From IMG/VR virus record IMGVR_UViG_3300045988_131126: a stretch of DNA of 64,000 nt. One strand, given 5' to 3'. Shown here piece after piece: positions 18,867 through 27,169 of this stretch. Each line of letters begins with the position of its first letter. The stretch's first letter is position 1. The notes under the pieces are model-generated. The model was not told the origin of the DNA. It made no database searches and saw only the letters and a program-made list of their open reading frames with translations. This DNA comes from a virus. The position numbers and the translations under genes were made by a program.

Positions 18867-19130
18867 ATGAGAAGACTTGATACCATGAGAAACATTTTAA
18901 AGAAAGCTAAGACCAACGATCTAACAAAAATAAAATCGAAAGCGCTTACGCCGCTTATGTATGATAAAGATAAGCATACATTTTTACAACTCTCTCCATT
19001 GTGGGAGGGACATGGATGGAACTCAAAACTAATAGGTGTGAGAGTACCTCACACCTATTGGATTGGGGAAGTACTTGTAACAAAATATGAGGATTTTAAA
19101 TTAACACTTCCTCGGAGATACTATAGATAA
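18867..19130 (+). CDS. small hypothetical protein (cassette cargo)
   Basis: 87 aa. Conserved GAAAGAGG RBS. Own promoter module and terminator. Confidence 0.65.
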   Translation: MRRLDTMRNILKKAKTNDLTKIKSKALTPLMYDKDKHTFLQLSPLWEGHGWNSKLIGVRVPHTYWIGEVLVTKYEDFKLTLPRRYYR

Positions 19131-19133
19131 ATT

Positions 19134-19171
19134 ATAAAGAGGTGTAAGGATTATACCTTACACCTCTTTAT
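19134..19171. terminator. bidirectional terminator between convergent genes
   Basis: ataaagaggtgtaagg-attata-ccttacacctctttat (16-bp perfect stem). Confidence 0.75.
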
Positions 19172-19194
19172 ACCCAAAACTATTTTATTTTTTA

Positions 19195-21315
19195 TTAAAT
19201 ACTCATTATATTACTATATGGAATATTGTTGTTTCCGTTAGTCTGAATATTTACAGACTTAAGCGGGAAATTACCAATATTATCATTTATAATAGTTGTA
19301 TAATCAATAAACTCTACAACCCATTTAGGTACTGCTACATCTAACGGTATTGCTAATGATGTAAATTCATTACCTTTACTTGTAGCTTTTCCTTTAAAAA
19401 TACTTGTATCCTTTAATACGTTCTTTATCTTTTCGTATGTTTCTGGATAAGTATCTTTTATTTTTTCTACAGTTTCTTCATTTACAACTACTTTTACAAT
19501 ATCCATACTATTTCTAGCTGTTAAGTCAAATCCTTCAAGACCATCATCTTTAATATCATTCCATATAACCGCAGCTTTTATACCTTGTATACCCATAGGA
19601 TCATCATAATGATCCATAGATTTTACATTTACCGGTTTATAGAATTCTTTTTCTCCATTATTAAGAGATCTAAATATCTTTTTATCTAATATCGCTAATC
19701 TCTTTATAATTCTAACTTGATCTATTACATCTGTATCAAGTATCTCTTCATATAATATCTTAGATAAAGCTGACTGTATAGATTTATTTAAGGTTACCTT
19801 TCTAATTTGTAAACCTTTAATATCCATACTTTCTTCTTCTGGTACTTTATGACCTTCCTGAAGTTCCTGTTTAGATGCATAGTTCTTCATACCTTCTGTT
19901 AATAATGCTCTTTTCATAAGAAACTCATTTTTCATATAGATAAGACATTTTCTATCTTCTCCATAAGAATGATTAGCTTTAGTATATTCTACCATATAAT
20001 CATTTACCAAAGCACCTACTATATAAGCCATAATATTAACCAATGAATATCTTAAATTATCAGAACCAGTTTGCTTATTAGGATTTACCAATCTTTTTCT
20101 AATTACAATATCATCATTAATGAAATCATAATCTTCATAATCTTCTTCAATAGGTTTAGTTTCTCCTAATACTGGATTATCTATTTCATTTAAGATTTTG
20201 AATTTGTGACCTTTACATTTCTCAAGACCAAATCTGAACCAAGCTTCAAGACTAATAATAGCACTATCTGTATCAGAGATACCAGCAATATTTTTAATCA
20301 TATTATCGCATCTATCAACTTTATCCATATATTGATATTTAAAATATACAAACTCTTTTAAGATATCTACTAAAGTATCTATCTCTACTTTGATTTCTTT
20401 TGGTGGCTCGTTTGGATCCATAAATGGTTGATCTAATTTTTCCAATAAAATTAATAATGCATTCGTCATTGATGCATTATCCATGAACTCGTAAAGGTTA
20501 TTTTTGTAATACAGTCTATTTATATCTTCTTGATCAAGTCTATTAATAATATCCCATATGATCTGTAAATCCATTTCATCAGGTAACCATTTTATTAATC
20601 CTTGCTTATAATCACCTATAGTAAGTACAATTTTATTGAAACATTCTTCTTTAGAAATATTACGATCTAATATATCGCAGTCTCTATATCTTCTTTCTTT
20701 TCTTTCACTTACTACACTATCAATAAACCATACAACTTCTTCAAGAGAAGCAAATTTAACGTTATTAGATAGAAAGCTTTCGAAAAACATAGTTGCTGTA
20801 CTAATGAGTTCTCTACCTGTTGTAGTAATGGATTCTGCTACAAAGATATTATAAAACATTGCTTGACATTGACCAAGTACACCGTATATTCCATTACAGT
20901 CAATTTTATCAAGTAATTGCAATAGATTATATTTCACAAACATTTCAGATCCTTTTGGATACTTAAACATTTCTGCTTTATGAACACCTCGCATTTCCAT
21001 AAATCCTCTAATCATTTCTATTAAAGGATTAGGAACTGTTCCATGTCTCATAAACATTACTCCAGATGGAGTACATATTGGTTGCTGAGATGCTATATAA
21101 TTTGTAAACTCTGATAATAACATCTCATGTTCTTTCTTATTGTAGTTATTGACTATTTTACATTTAGTATCAACAAATCTTTTCTTTACAGAATAATCAA
21201 TAGCATCTTTTATCTCTTGATTATTTAGGCTTGGATATATTAAAGACATTACTGTATGCATTTGCTGCATATATCTCATAACGCCAGCCGAATTATCTAC
21301 TGCTGAATTAACCAT
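19195..21315 (-). CDS. family-B DNA polymerase, C-terminal fragment (fingers / palm motifs B and C / thumb)
   Basis: 706 aa. Motif B KIDCNGIYGVLGQ (Kx3NSxYG), motif C GISDTDSAII (about 20260-20280), KKRY-like GMKNYA. No exonuclease motifs and no motif A; those are in 40602..42539. Confidence 0.85.
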   Translation of the reverse strand: MVNSAVDNSAGVMRYMQQMHTVMSLIYPSLNNQEIKDAIDYSVKKRFVDTKCKIVNNYNKKEHEMLLSEFTNYIASQQPICTPSGVMFMRHGTVPNPLIEMIRGFMEMRGVHKAEMFKYPKGSEMFVKYNLLQLLDKIDCNGIYGVLGQCQAMFYNIFVAESITTTGRELISTATMFFESFLSNNVKFASLEEVVWFIDSVVSERKERRYRDCDILDRNISKEECFNKIVLTIGDYKQGLIKWLPDEMDLQIIWDIINRLDQEDINRLYYKNNLYEFMDNASMTNALLILLEKLDQPFMDPNEPPKEIKVEIDTLVDILKEFVYFKYQYMDKVDRCDNMIKNIAGISDTDSAIISLEAWFRFGLEKCKGHKFKILNEIDNPVLGETKPIEEDYEDYDFINDDIVIRKRLVNPNKQTGSDNLRYSLVNIMAYIVGALVNDYMVEYTKANHSYGEDRKCLIYMKNEFLMKRALLTEGMKNYASKQELQEGHKVPEEESMDIKGLQIRKVTLNKSIQSALSKILYEEILDTDVIDQVRIIKRLAILDKKIFRSLNNGEKEFYKPVNVKSMDHYDDPMGIQGIKAAVIWNDIKDDGLEGFDLTARNSMDIVKVVVNEETVEKIKDTYPETYEKIKNVLKDTSIFKGKATSKGNEFTSLAIPLDVAVPKWVVEFIDYTTIINDNIGNFPLKSVNIQTNGNNNIPYSNIMSI

Positions 21316-21475
21316 TTAAATATCTTCCTTTCTTTTAGAATTATTCTTATGTGTTCGCAAAGATAATATATCATTAAAACTAGTATAAGGTTAAAATAAG
21401 AACATATGTGTAAAAATGGCTTGTTAAAGTTATGATTCTAAAAATAAAGATTATGAATTTAAGGAGGACAATATC

Positions 21476-21946
21476 ATGTCATTATTTGATACAGGTTCTG
21501 AAAAGATTACTTTAGAAAATACATTTGATGAAGATCAGAAAGATTTAGTTATTGAAGCTCTTATTTATGACGAAGTTTCTCATCTTCCTCAAGAGAAAAT
21601 TGAAGAGTTCTGTAAACCGAATGGAGTTGGAGAAGAACTTGTTATGGAAGGTAAGATCTCTAAGAAAACTATTGTACGTCTTAATAGACAGGACGACCTT
21701 GCTAGACGTAAAAAGATTATGGCTCTTAATCTTGCTAAAGAAGCTAATGATCCATTATATGCTAAATCTGTTATGTTTCGCCAGAAACAGAAAGAATATG
21801 TAGCAAAGATTATGCAGAAATATGGAAATAAAGCTGAGAGACTTGCTAAGCAGGCTCAGCAGGAATTCTTACATCCTGCATCTGATAAGAAAGTTCTTCC
21901 AGCATCCTTTATGAAAGCTGGCGGAGCTGAACGTGTTGGCCAATAA
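21476..21946 (+). CDS. hypothetical protein, probably highly expressed
   Basis: 156 aa. TAAGGAGG RBS. Codon usage is noticeably G/C3-richer than neighbours (cgt, ctt, gct, ggt). Strong terminator. Confidence 0.75.
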   Translation: MSLFDTGSEKITLENTFDEDQKDLVIEALIYDEVSHLPQEKIEEFCKPNGVGEELVMEGKISKKTIVRLNRQDDLARRKKIMALNLAKEANDPLYAKSVMFRQKQKEYVAKIMQKYGNKAERLAKQAQQEFLHPASDKKVLPASFMKAGGAERVGQ

Positions 21947-22009
21947 TTAATATAAACATATAAGTAATTCTGATAAGTAAAATACCTTCAATAATAATCA
22001 ACGAAAGAT

Positions 22010-22055
22010 ATGAGAGTAAGTGGATTAATTTCCACTTACTCTCATTATTTGTTTT
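22010..22055 (+). terminator. rho-independent terminator
   Basis: atgagagtaagtgga-ttaatt-tccacttactctcat (15-bp stem) followed by tatttgtttt. Confidence 0.8.
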
Positions 22056-22149
22056 ATTGATATATTATAAAAATAATTAAGTTATAGGATTTTGAAAAAT
22101 ACATACAGTTCTACAACTTAATAAGTATAAATAGGGAGGATTAGAACTT

Positions 22150-24357
22150 ATGGACGAATTATTTAATGATCTTTTAAATCCGGAGCCATTTATATCAAAG
22201 ATTCAATCTCGATTTAATGAGATACAACCTTTGATAATTGATGATCTGACGCACTATGAAAATTATGGTGAATATGTACCGCTAGTTAATACTGGAGCGA
22301 TCAGTATTAACACTTCTAATTTGAGTAAAGAGAATATTGATTCTCATTTTACTTGGATTTATAATATCATTGCTGATGGCATTGAGCAGAAAAAAGTTCA
22401 TGATATGATAGTATATATTACATTTATGGATAATGTACAAATTAGATTATCTATATTTGATTATATGCTTAATCTTATTATGTGGAAACTACCTTTGCAA
22501 GCCGGAGATTCTTTAACAAGTAATTTCCTATTCTTTGATGATTGCATCACGCAGGATTCTATCAAAGATTATATTGATTTTAAATTCATTGATATTCACA
22601 GAAGAGATTTTAATAACTGTGATATGAATCAAATGATTGATGAGACAATATACAAATTTATGTATATTGATGACTTTGCTTATTATCTTATCAATACTAT
22701 CAATGAAAAAGATACTATTGATTTAATGAAGAAGTCCCAAGTAGCATGGGATACATTGCATTTTTCTACGGTACAATATCCGTTGGAAGACAAGAAAGAT
22801 GCTGCTATGGATATGACAAACAAATTAATTGCAGTAATAAAAGCACCTGATTCTGAGCATTGTTTAAGGGATTCGTTCAGAGCTAGAGAAGGTGTTAACC
22901 CAAAACAGTTCAGGGAAATGATTTGCAATATTGCAACTAAACCCGATGGTAATGGAAGTATCTTTAGTATCGACCTCGATACAAACTATATGCAAGAGGG
23001 TGTAGCAAAACCTGAATATTATACTATTGATAGTAGTGCAGCAAGACAAGCACAGATCTTAAATAAAGAGAATGTAGGACAATCTGGAGCATTTTCTAGA
23101 AAATTAAGATTAAATAATATGCACGCTAAAATTCATCCAAACCCAAAATACGTTTGTAATTCAAAAAGATTCTTGCCAATATTTATTAAAGATATGAAAG
23201 TATTAGTAAGATTCAAAAACAGATATTTCAGATTTAATCCAAAAGGAATGGAGTATAAAGTATCTCCACATCCAGAAAGAGATAATGTAAATCTTATAGG
23301 AAAGACTTTATATTTTAGATCTCCGGAAACATGTGCTTCACATGCTAGAGGAGAAGGGATTTGTTATAGATGCTATGGGGATTTGGCATATACGAATGCA
23401 GATATTAACCCAGGATGTATGGCATCAGAGTTATTGTCTTCTGTATTAACCCAGCGATTATTGTCTGCTAAGCACTTATTAGAGACAAATGTAAAAGCAT
23501 TAAACTGGGTTCCGGAATTCAAAGATATTTTTGCTGTAAACTGGAATATGATTATGATTATGGATGATTTCATTCCAAAGAAATGGAAACTTATTATATC
23601 ATCAGATGATATTTATCAGGAATCAGAATATGATGAGTTTGATTATAACTCATGCATAACTACTTTCAATGTAATGGATCCTGATGGAAATACCATTCTT
23701 ATCAAAACAGAGGATTTAGACAACTTATATATTTCTCCAGAGTTAAGAAAAGTAATGGATAATCAGAAACTTGTAGATGATCAGTATATAATCGATTTCT
23801 CTGATATTATGGGGATTCATTTATTTATGGTCAATATTACAAATAATGGATTATCTGCAACTCTTGAACGATGCAAAGCTACTCTTGATAAACAAGCTAT
23901 TATTAAAGAGTATAAAAATGATATCGGATTATTTACACAAGGATTTATCAATACTATTATTGAGGGTGGACTTGATACAGATGCAGTTCATTGTGAAGTA
24001 CTTATATCAAATCAGTTACGTAGAGTCACAGACGATTTAGGAGATTCTATGTTACAACCTGAGTGGGAATATCCAAATGAACCATACAAGATCGTAACTC
24101 TTGATACAGCGTTAAAAGAGAACCCAAGTATCACTACATCATTGAATTATCAGTATATACAGAAACAGTTATTCAAACCAATTACATTTAAGAAAAATAA
24201 ACCTGGTATGATGGATTTATTCTTTATGGAAAAACCACAAGAATATATGAATGTAGAATTGGATTATAACCCGAAATTCAAAGATGACGTTGATGATGCA
24301 ATTGATGGATTTATTAATCCTATTTATCACGTAGATGAAAATGGTAATAAATTATAA
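22150..24357 (+). CDS. multisubunit RNA polymerase beta-prime-like protein, C-terminal half
   Basis: 735 aa. SPETCASHARGEGICYRCYGDLAY (23331-23390) matches the beta-prime segment ..C....GvC..CYGrDLa. There is no NADFDGD segment, so this is only the C-terminal part. Ends DGFINPIYHVDENGNKL (NPIYH at 24316-24330). Confidence 0.65.
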   Translation: MDELFNDLLNPEPFISKIQSRFNEIQPLIIDDLTHYENYGEYVPLVNTGAISINTSNLSKENIDSHFTWIYNIIADGIEQKKVHDMIVYITFMDNVQIRLSIFDYMLNLIMWKLPLQAGDSLTSNFLFFDDCITQDSIKDYIDFKFIDIHRRDFNNCDMNQMIDETIYKFMYIDDFAYYLINTINEKDTIDLMKKSQVAWDTLHFSTVQYPLEDKKDAAMDMTNKLIAVIKAPDSEHCLRDSFRAREGVNPKQFREMICNIATKPDGNGSIFSIDLDTNYMQEGVAKPEYYTIDSSAARQAQILNKENVGQSGAFSRKLRLNNMHAKIHPNPKYVCNSKRFLPIFIKDMKVLVRFKNRYFRFNPKGMEYKVSPHPERDNVNLIGKTLYFRSPETCASHARGEGICYRCYGDLAYTNADINPGCMASELLSSVLTQRLLSAKHLLETNVKALNWVPEFKDIFAVNWNMIMIMDDFIPKKWKLIISSDDIYQESEYDEFDYNSCITTFNVMDPDGNTILIKTEDLDNLYISPELRKVMDNQKLVDDQYIIDFSDIMGIHLFMVNITNNGLSATLERCKATLDKQAIIKEYKNDIGLFTQGFINTIIEGGLDTDAVHCEVLISNQLRRVTDDLGDSMLQPEWEYPNEPYKIVTLDTALKENPSITTSLNYQYIQKQLFKPITFKKNKPGMMDLFFMEKPQEYMNVELDYNPKFKDDVDDAIDGFINPIYHVDENGNKL

Positions 24358-24366
24358 TTAAATATT

Positions 24367-24398
24367 GTCTCACTAGTATATCATACTAGTGAGACTTT
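24367..24398 (+). terminator. hairpin, weak terminator
   Basis: gtctcactagtat-atc-atactagtgagac (13-bp stem) followed only by ttt. Confidence 0.45.
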
Positions 24399-24422
24399 AA
24401 TCTAGAAAGGAGAATTTAATTT

Positions 24423-25442
24423 ATGAGCAACGTATCTATGTTTTTATTTAATGATGATGAGGAAATGAAACCTAAACCATCAGAAATTAAACGTTTACAG
24501 GAAGGTAGTGTGAAATGTATTGAAAAGAAGAAAGAACCATATGTAGAAGGAATGATCTTCGTATTACAAATGGATAGAGAGATTGATAAAGATAAGCATT
24601 GCATTATATCTCCAGGAGGATATGAGTTTAAATCCAGTAAAAGTGAAAAATCTTTACAGTTTGATTTCTTTGACTATGCAGGATATATAGATTCAAATGA
24701 TAAGACAAAGATATTATTTGAAACTGAAGTATTAGACAGACAGTCTTTTCCAGGAACTATAGATAAATTAAATAAATCATTTTGTGAAGATATAAACGAA
24801 ATTACAGAATTTTATGTTTATACTGGAGAAGATGAAGATCCAGAACTAAACTTATCTAAAATTATAGACATAAGTTTATTATTTACAGATGGTACTAAAA
24901 TTGATATCAAAGAAGAAGTTATAAATAAATACAACGAAAAGATTACTAAAACTAAAGAAAAGAAGAAGATGCCGATGATTAATAGATTATCGAGCATGTC
25001 TTTAACATTAAAATTTAAAAATCTTCCAGATGATATTATGTATAAATCTTTAAGTGAAAGTAAATCTATAACTATATTTGACATAATACAATTATCATCA
25101 TCAAGATTAGGAAAATCTGCAAAGTTTGCATTCTGTGGAGAGGTGGAAAATCATTTCTTCGAGCATGACAAATCCATATTAATAGAAAAGCAGAATTATT
25201 TGGATAATAGTGCATTCTATGATGACATAGATATACTTACAGAAGATTTTATCAAATCGGTTGATGTAATAAATTATATATCCTTCGATGATGTATTATT
25301 AATGCCGAATCTTCCGATACAGTCTATTCTTACAATTAAATATGAATTCGAAAATGGCGATGAATACTACGCAAATGATTATGTAATAGACGAGTTCAAT
25401 AGAAGAATTAAAGAAAATATGAACTTAATCCATATTAATTAA
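24423..25442 (+). CDS. hypothetical protein
   Basis: 339-aa ORF with GAAAGGAG RBS. Confidence 0.75.
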   Translation: MSNVSMFLFNDDEEMKPKPSEIKRLQEGSVKCIEKKKEPYVEGMIFVLQMDREIDKDKHCIISPGGYEFKSSKSEKSLQFDFFDYAGYIDSNDKTKILFETEVLDRQSFPGTIDKLNKSFCEDINEITEFYVYTGEDEDPELNLSKIIDISLLFTDGTKIDIKEEVINKYNEKITKTKEKKKMPMINRLSSMSLTLKFKNLPDDIMYKSLSESKSITIFDIIQLSSSRLGKSAKFAFCGEVENHFFEHDKSILIEKQNYLDNSAFYDDIDILTEDFIKSVDVINYISFDDVLLMPNLPIQSILTIKYEFENGDEYYANDYVIDEFNRRIKENMNLIHIN

Positions 25443-25461
25443 TAAAAGGAGAATGATTACA

Positions 25462-26106
25462 ATGAAAAGCAATGAAAATAAAGAAATTTGTAGCAAATGT
25501 AGAGGAATTTGTTGTAGAAACATGCCGGGACAATACGTCCCGGATGATCTCTTTGATCATGAAATGACGAAAGAAGAGTTGAAGAAATTTATATTAGAAG
25601 TTGGGAATATATCTATAGACTGCTGGGAGCCAGATGAAGAATCAGGTTACGAATCATATTATTATTTAAGACCAATGAGAAGAAAATTAACTCTTGAAGA
25701 AGCAAAGCAAAATGTAATAACGATAGACGAGAAGGATCCTGATAATTTATCATTAGAAGATAAAGAGAAAATAGCAGAAGTGTGGGCAAATATACTCAGT
25801 TATTCGATCAAGAATTTCAGAAATCAGGATCTTACGGTTGATTATGGATATAACGAAGTTGCACTAGTATGCTGTCATTTAACCGAAAATGGGTGTGATT
25901 TAAAGTTTGATAAAAGGCCTACCAATTGCAAAGAATTAATCCCAGCAAGAGATACGGAATGCTATATAGAAGGATTATCCGAAAATGATTCAGCGAAATT
26001 ATATTATGCTAAGAAATGGGAGAAATATAATGATATGCTGAATGATATAGCAAATGAAATTGAATTCGGAAAAGACTATAAAGAATATATTGGAGAGGAA
26101 GAATAA
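25462..26106 (+). CDS. Cys-rich protein, YkgJ-like CxxCxxCC zinc/iron-chelating domain
   Basis: ATG 25462 lies 10 nt after AAGGAG (ATG 25453 is only 1 nt after it). CSKCRGICCRN ... CCHLTENGCDLKFDKRPTNCKELIP resembles the CxxCxxCC ... C.iy..RP..Cr.yP family. Assigned from memory. Confidence 0.45.
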   Translation: MKSNENKEICSKCRGICCRNMPGQYVPDDLFDHEMTKEELKKFILEVGNISIDCWEPDEESGYESYYYLRPMRRKLTLEEAKQNVITIDEKDPDNLSLEDKEKIAEVWANILSYSIKNFRNQDLTVDYGYNEVALVCCHLTENGCDLKFDKRPTNCKELIPARDTECYIEGLSENDSAKLYYAKKWEKYNDMLNDIANEIEFGKDYKEYIGEEE

Positions 26107-26107
26107 T

Positions 26108-26455
26108 ATGATACAGGTATTTCCTAAAGATGAAAATGTAAATATGAATCTAGAAGTTCCTACATTTGTAAATACTAGGAAAAATGATTACATATTATCT
26201 AAGAAATATACTAAAGAAAAGGAGGGTCTTACAATGAAAAGACTCAATAAGAAAATCGAAACTATAAACAATATTATTCTGGCAGTTGCCATTGCCGGAA
26301 TAATATTCTGGCTCCTTGGAGATGGCCTTTTTGGTCATCTCGGAGGACTTATAGTTACTATTATAGTAACTATAAGCATTTCCTTATTGACAGTAAGGAA
26401 ACTTCAATTGAAGAATAAGAAACTTCAATTGAAGTTAATGAAAGCAAGACGATAA
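26108..26455 (+). CDS. small membrane protein (two predicted TM helices), holin-like topology
   Basis: ATG 26108 follows GGAGAGG. A stronger internal start at ATG 26234 follows AAGGAGGG. TM segments IILAVAIAGIIFWLLG and LGGLIVTIIVTISISLLTV. Charged C-terminus. Confidence 0.5.
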   Translation: MIQVFPKDENVNMNLEVPTFVNTRKNDYILSKKYTKEKEGLTMKRLNKKIETINNIILAVAIAGIIFWLLGDGLFGHLGGLIVTIIVTISISLLTVRKLQLKNKKLQLKLMKARR

Positions 26456-26472
26456 GTCTTGCTTTCTTTTTT
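26440..26472 (+). terminator. rho-independent terminator
   Basis: gaaagcaagac-gataa-gtcttgctttc followed by tttttt. The stem includes the stop codon. Confidence 0.75.
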
Positions 26473-26481
26473 CTACGATAC
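26467..26481 (+). repeat. exact 15-mer TTTTTTCTACGATAC, copy 2 of 4
   Basis: See 18751. Lies directly on the terminator T-tract. Confidence 0.8.
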
Positions 26482-26574
26482 TCGTAAAATCGTTTTTTTT
26501 TGAGTGTATATTATTATAGTGATAAATAATAATAAATCCTACTTTTAAAATAAGTAGGTAGAAAGAGGTATAAT
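26482..26574 (+). promoter_or_regulatory. repeated promoter-leader module, copy C
   Basis: TTGAGT, N17 ending TGA, TAAATA, then leader hairpin cctactt/aagtagg (26538-26558), then tagaaagagg, then ATG 26575. Confidence 0.5.
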
Positions 26575-26802
26575 ATGTGGAATTTATTTGGCATAGATGA
26601 TTTTTTAACAGACCAATTTTCTGAGGAGGCTTCTGCATTATTAGAAGACCCTCAGGAAGGGGATTTAGAAAAACTAAAAGATATTTTTAAGAAATATTCC
26701 TGCAACGCTATGTGGTGGGAGATAAAACCGGTGTATGACCGGTATTATTCTGAGATTGAATATAAGCTCAGAAAAATAAAAAATAAATTAGAAGAAAGCT
26801 AG
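26575..26802 (+). CDS. small acidic hypothetical protein (cassette cargo)
   Basis: 75 aa. Conserved RBS. Own promoter module and terminator. Confidence 0.6.
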   Translation: MWNLFGIDDFLTDQFSEEASALLEDPQEGDLEKLKDIFKKYSCNAMWWEIKPVYDRYYSEIEYKLRKIKNKLEES

Positions 26803-26819
26803 TAATGCTAGCTTTCTTC
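26791..26819 (+). terminator. terminator hairpin
   Basis: gaagaaagctag-taatg-ctagctttcttc (12-bp stem containing the stop codon). The T-tract is weak. Confidence 0.5.
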
Positions 26820-26854
26820 TAATTATACTAATTTACGTATACTCTTTATTTTTT
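26819..26854 (+). repeat. 36-bp direct repeat, copy 1 (ctaattatactaatttacgtatactctttatttttt)
   Basis: 34/36 identical to 27091-27126. The two copies bracket an ORF-free cassette. Confidence 0.8.
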
Positions 26855-26863
26855 CTACGATAC
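26849..26863 (+). repeat. exact 15-mer TTTTTTCTACGATAC, copy 3 of 4
   Basis: See 18751. About 30 nt downstream of the 26791-26819 terminator hairpin, on the T-tract that ends the 36-bp direct repeat. Confidence 0.8.
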
Positions 26864-26880
26864 TATGGCAAAATTGTATT

Positions 26881-26930
26881 TGTAATATCTTTATTTTTTA
26901 ATTATATATTATTATAGTGATAAGAATAGA
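26881..26930 (+). promoter_or_regulatory. repeated promoter box, copy D (no RBS or ORF downstream)
   Basis: tgtaatatctttatttttt, then TTAATT, N17 ending TGA, TAAGAA. Same architecture as copies B and E, but followed by hairpins instead of the tagaaagagg RBS. Confidence 0.45.
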
Positions 26931-27090
26931 AAATCTATATCTTATCCGGTAGTATGTCCGAAACATACATAAAAGGAAAGAGCACTTCATAGTGCTCATT
27001 ATATTACTTTACTTTATTAAGGCGGGCTTAGGTTGCGATCTTTTTGGTCGTAACCTAGGCTCAAAATCAAATAATAATATTTTATTTTTT
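26931..27090 (+). ncRNA. candidate small RNA expressed from promoter box D
   Basis: No ORF or RBS. Three hairpins: 26952-26968, 26980-26997, and a 14-bp stem at 27026-27060 with three G.U pairs that pair only in the plus-strand transcript. Ends in ttttatttttt (27080-27090). Confidence 0.3.
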
Positions 27091-27126
27091 CTAATTATAC
27101 CAATTTACATATACTCTTTATTTTTT
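27091..27126 (+). repeat. 36-bp direct repeat, copy 2
   Basis: ctaattataccaatttacatatactctttatttttt. See 26819. Confidence 0.8.
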
Positions 27127-27169
27127 GTCTAAAACAACACTGTAATATTGATTGAGGAGATGATGTAAA

